A stretch of 64,000 nt of DNA from an uncultured delta proteobacterium (GTDB taxonomy: Bacteria > Myxococcota_A > Polyangia > Polyangiales > Polyangiaceae), in contig CAVOKF010000005.1 of assembly GCA_963696385.1 (NCBI GenBank), positions 416,001 through 480,000 on the forward strand, read 5' to 3'. Within the stretch, counting starts at the first letter, position 1, and each line of letters opens with the position of its first letter. This document shows positions 61,754 to 64,000 of this stretch, piece by piece. A model generated the notes under the pieces. That model did no database searches, had not been told where the DNA came from, and was given only the letters and a program-made list of their open reading frames with translations. Both the position numbers and the translations under genes were made by a program.

Positions 61754-62302
61754 TCAGGGCGACAGTTCCATCAGACTGTCGATCTCGTGGCGTGGTTTCG
61801 GGCTCGCCGTTCGCGCCCGCATTTTGACGTACTGCGGATCGTCTCGCTTGATTACCCACGATCCCCCACTTCCCAGGCACTGTCCACGGTAGGTGTCGTC
61901 TCCTTCGAGTGTGGCAACGTCGTAATAGTATCCCACGGCCTGAGTCGCCGGCTCAGCGTCATTGTCCAGGTCGGAACGTGTGCACGAAGCAAAGACGAAG
62001 GAATTCGGGAATGTCTTGGCGCAAGTCGATTTCAGCACCACGAAGCCCCTTGCCTCCAGCTTCCCAGGGTTGATCTCGTGGCCCGCTCGGAAGGTCACGT
62101 CTGCGCAATTGTCAAGTGTGTTTCCGCTTGAAAACTTCGCAATCGAAAACGTGGTGTGGGGTGCAGTCAAGAAGGAGCCGGGGGGGCTCGATGGCTCCGG
62201 TGGACGAACTCCGCCGTCGAGCAAGCCGACGAGCCCTCGAACGCCGAGCACGACGACGAAGATGCCTAGGACAGCCGCGCCGATATTTCTTGCGTAGCGC
62301 AT
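61754..62302 (-). CDS. Hypothetical membrane-anchored protein with four Cys
   Basis: MRYARN followed by a TM helix, Pro linker and a Cys-containing domain. Confidence 0.6.
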   Translation of the reverse strand: MRYARNIGAAVLGIFVVVLGVRGLVGLLDGGVRPPEPSSPPGSFLTAPHTTFSIAKFSSGNTLDNCADVTFRAGHEINPGKLEARGFVVLKSTCAKTFPNSFVFASCTRSDLDNDAEPATQAVGYYYDVATLEGDDTYRGQCLGSGGSWVIKRDDPQYVKMRARTASPKPRHEIDSLMELSP

Positions 62303-62598
62303 CGGACGGGACACTCTACGCCAGGAACGTCCCGGGGCGCCCCGGCATTTGCCGGGCGACGCGGGTCCAGCGTGCTTGCGAGTACGACGCGTGCCGCGCG
62401 GGCCCACCGTGCTTGCACTGGACCCGTCGGCGGGGCGTTGCGATCGCCGCGTCCCGAGGGCACATTGGAGAGTAGGACCTTCCTGACGAATTGCGTATGT
62501 TGGGAAAAGCACGTGGCAAGCCGCAGGCACTCCCCACCTGGCTTCCTTCTGGGCATTTGCGCTCGCAGCGGATCCCATGTTTACAAGCAAAATTGCGC

Positions 62599-62614
62599 CG
62601 GCACGATAATTGCG
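62599..62614 (+). promoter_or_regulatory. Putative sigma-54 promoter
   Basis: CGGCACGATAATTGCG closely matches TGGCACG-N4-TTGC, in AT-rich context ~170 nt upstream of the DUF1592-type gene. Confidence 0.65.
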
Positions 62615-62784
62615 ATTTTAATTGAGCCGTTTCTCGAGGCAGGCGCCTCTGCACATCGAAGGGGTACGGCGTTGCCGGCGAAGGGCCCGTCCTCTGGGCA
62701 GCGCGCTGTAAAACGGTTGTCACACTGCAATCCATGCTTTGGCGCGTCCAAGGCAGTGCCACATTGATGGAGAATGGAGCCCAC

Positions 62785-64000
62785 ATGCTTCAACGAAATG
62801 TCTGGCGATCTCGGTTCGGGCAGGTGGGCTGGCCGGCGCTCGCGCTGGCGGTGGCGGCGTGTACGGGTGTCATCGGCACGGCTCCTGGGGATCCGGGAAC
62901 GGGTCCTGGCCAGGCGGGGGGCCAGAGTCCGGGCTCGGCGGCGGCCGGGCCGACGGGTGCTGCGGTGGGTGCTGCAGGAGGCGGGGTGACGACAGCGGAG
63001 CCGCGCGATCCGGGGCGCGTGACCATTCGGCGATTGAACCGAGCGGAGTACGACAACACCGTTCACGACTTGCTCGGGACATCGCAGACGCCCGGCGCAT
63101 CGACGTTTCCCGACGATGCTCCGGCCCTCGGGTTCGACAACAACGGCGACCTGCAAACGCTGTCGCCGGTTCAGTTCACGCTGTACCAGCAAGCGGCTGA
63201 ATCGCTGGCGGCCGAGGCGATGACGCCGGGCACGGCGGAGTACACGAACCTGGTGACCTGCGACCTGACCACCGGGACGTCCTGCGCTCAGACTCTCATC
63301 ACCAACTTCGGTCTGCGGGCGTTCCGGCGCCCGTTGACGTCGACCGAAGTCGCGAACTTCGTGGCTCTGATGGCGACGGCCGCACAAGAGGGAGCGACCG
63401 TCGACGTGCAGTTTCGCACGGTTCTCGAAGCGATGTTGCAGTCGCCGAACTTCCTGTTCCGTCCCGAATTCGATTCGGACCCGACGTCTCTGACGCCGCA
63501 CTTGCTCAGTCCGTACGAGACGGCGTCGCGCCTGTCCTACATGATGTACCGCAGCATGCCGGACCAGGCGCTGTTCGACGCGGCGGCTGCGGCCACGACG
63601 AACCCGGCAGCGGGCTCGCTTGCCACGGTGGCCGGCGTGCAGGCGCAGCTGCAGCGCATGCTCGCGGATCCGAAGGGGGTCTTCGCGCCGGTGTTCGCGT
63701 CCATGTGGCTGGGCACGAGCGTCGTGAGCACGCAGATGTTCGATGCGACGATGTTTCCGGAATTCAATACGAGCCTGGCGACTTCGATGTTGGGCGAGGT
63801 CAACGATTTTTTTGGCGAGTTCGTGACGGAGAACGAGCCGGTCTTGCAACTGCTGACCGCGAAGTTTTCCTACATCGACAGCAATCTGGCATCGCTCTAC
63901 GGAATTGCGGCACCGAGCGGAACGGGGCTGACGCGCATGACGTTGACGACGCCGGAGCGCGGCGGCGGGTTGCTCACGATGGCGGGCGTCCTGTCGGTCA
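62785..64000 (+). CDS. DUF1587/DUF1595/DUF1592-type lipoprotein, 3'-partial (absent from the ORF track because it has no stop in the window)
   Basis: MLQRNVW...LAVAAC lipobox, IRRLNRAEYDNTVHDLLG, GFDNN, RAFRRP, LQSPNFLFR, ASRLSY...PD, RGGGLLT. Confidence 0.9.
   Translation, partial: MLQRNVWRSRFGQVGWPALALAVAACTGVIGTAPGDPGTGPGQAGGQSPGSAAAGPTGAAVGAAGGGVTTAEPRDPGRVTIRRLNRAEYDNTVHDLLGTSQTPGASTFPDDAPALGFDNNGDLQTLSPVQFTLYQQAAESLAAEAMTPGTAEYTNLVTCDLTTGTSCAQTLITNFGLRAFRRPLTSTEVANFVALMATAAQEGATVDVQFRTVLEAMLQSPNFLFRPEFDSDPTSLTPHLLSPYETASRLSYMMYRSMPDQALFDAAAAATTNPAAGSLATVAGVQAQLQRMLADPKGVFAPVFASMWLGTSVVSTQMFDATMFPEFNTSLATSMLGEVNDFFGEFVTENEPVLQLLTAKFSYIDSNLASLYGIAAPSGTGLTRMTLTTPERGGGLLTMAGVLSV

Overview
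GC-rich bacterial chromosomal segment. The gene content (TIGR02266-type PilZ protein, myxosortase-like CPBP protease, ACIII plus oxidase operon, DUF1592-type lipoprotein, RpoH-box sigma factor) suggests Myxococcota, probably Polyangiales; this is an inference. It is mostly core genome: nadC (frameshifted), birA, a 13.5-kb alternative complex III (actABCDEF, actG-like) + SCO + caa3-type A2 oxidase operon, astB, proS, a MetB-family enzyme, a UvrD/Rep helicase, dnaJ followed by an orphan FliI/SctN ATPase, an ABC-F protein, rsmI, an rpoH-like sigma factor, a heterodimeric ABC exporter, osmC, htpG, alr, mlaE, nadA and a Pcm-erythromycin esterase fusion. I found no tRNA, rRNA, CRISPR array or transposase. 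The most unusual observations are: (1) a 27-residue insertion inside the CuA ligand loop of CoxB, plus Cys-pair segments in four respiratory subunits; (2) a ~77-nt intergenic element present twice, ~59.5 kb apart, in opposite orientation; (3) a ~1.1-kb cassette bounded by inverted copies of a hairpin repeat and holding two small membrane-protein ORFs and a 105-bp tandem duplication; (4) a T3SS/flagellar-type ATPase with no secretion genes in the window, 3 nt downstream of dnaJ; (5) a +1 frameshift in nadC. No complete novel system can be proven from sequence alone. All family calls come from motif recognition, not database searches.
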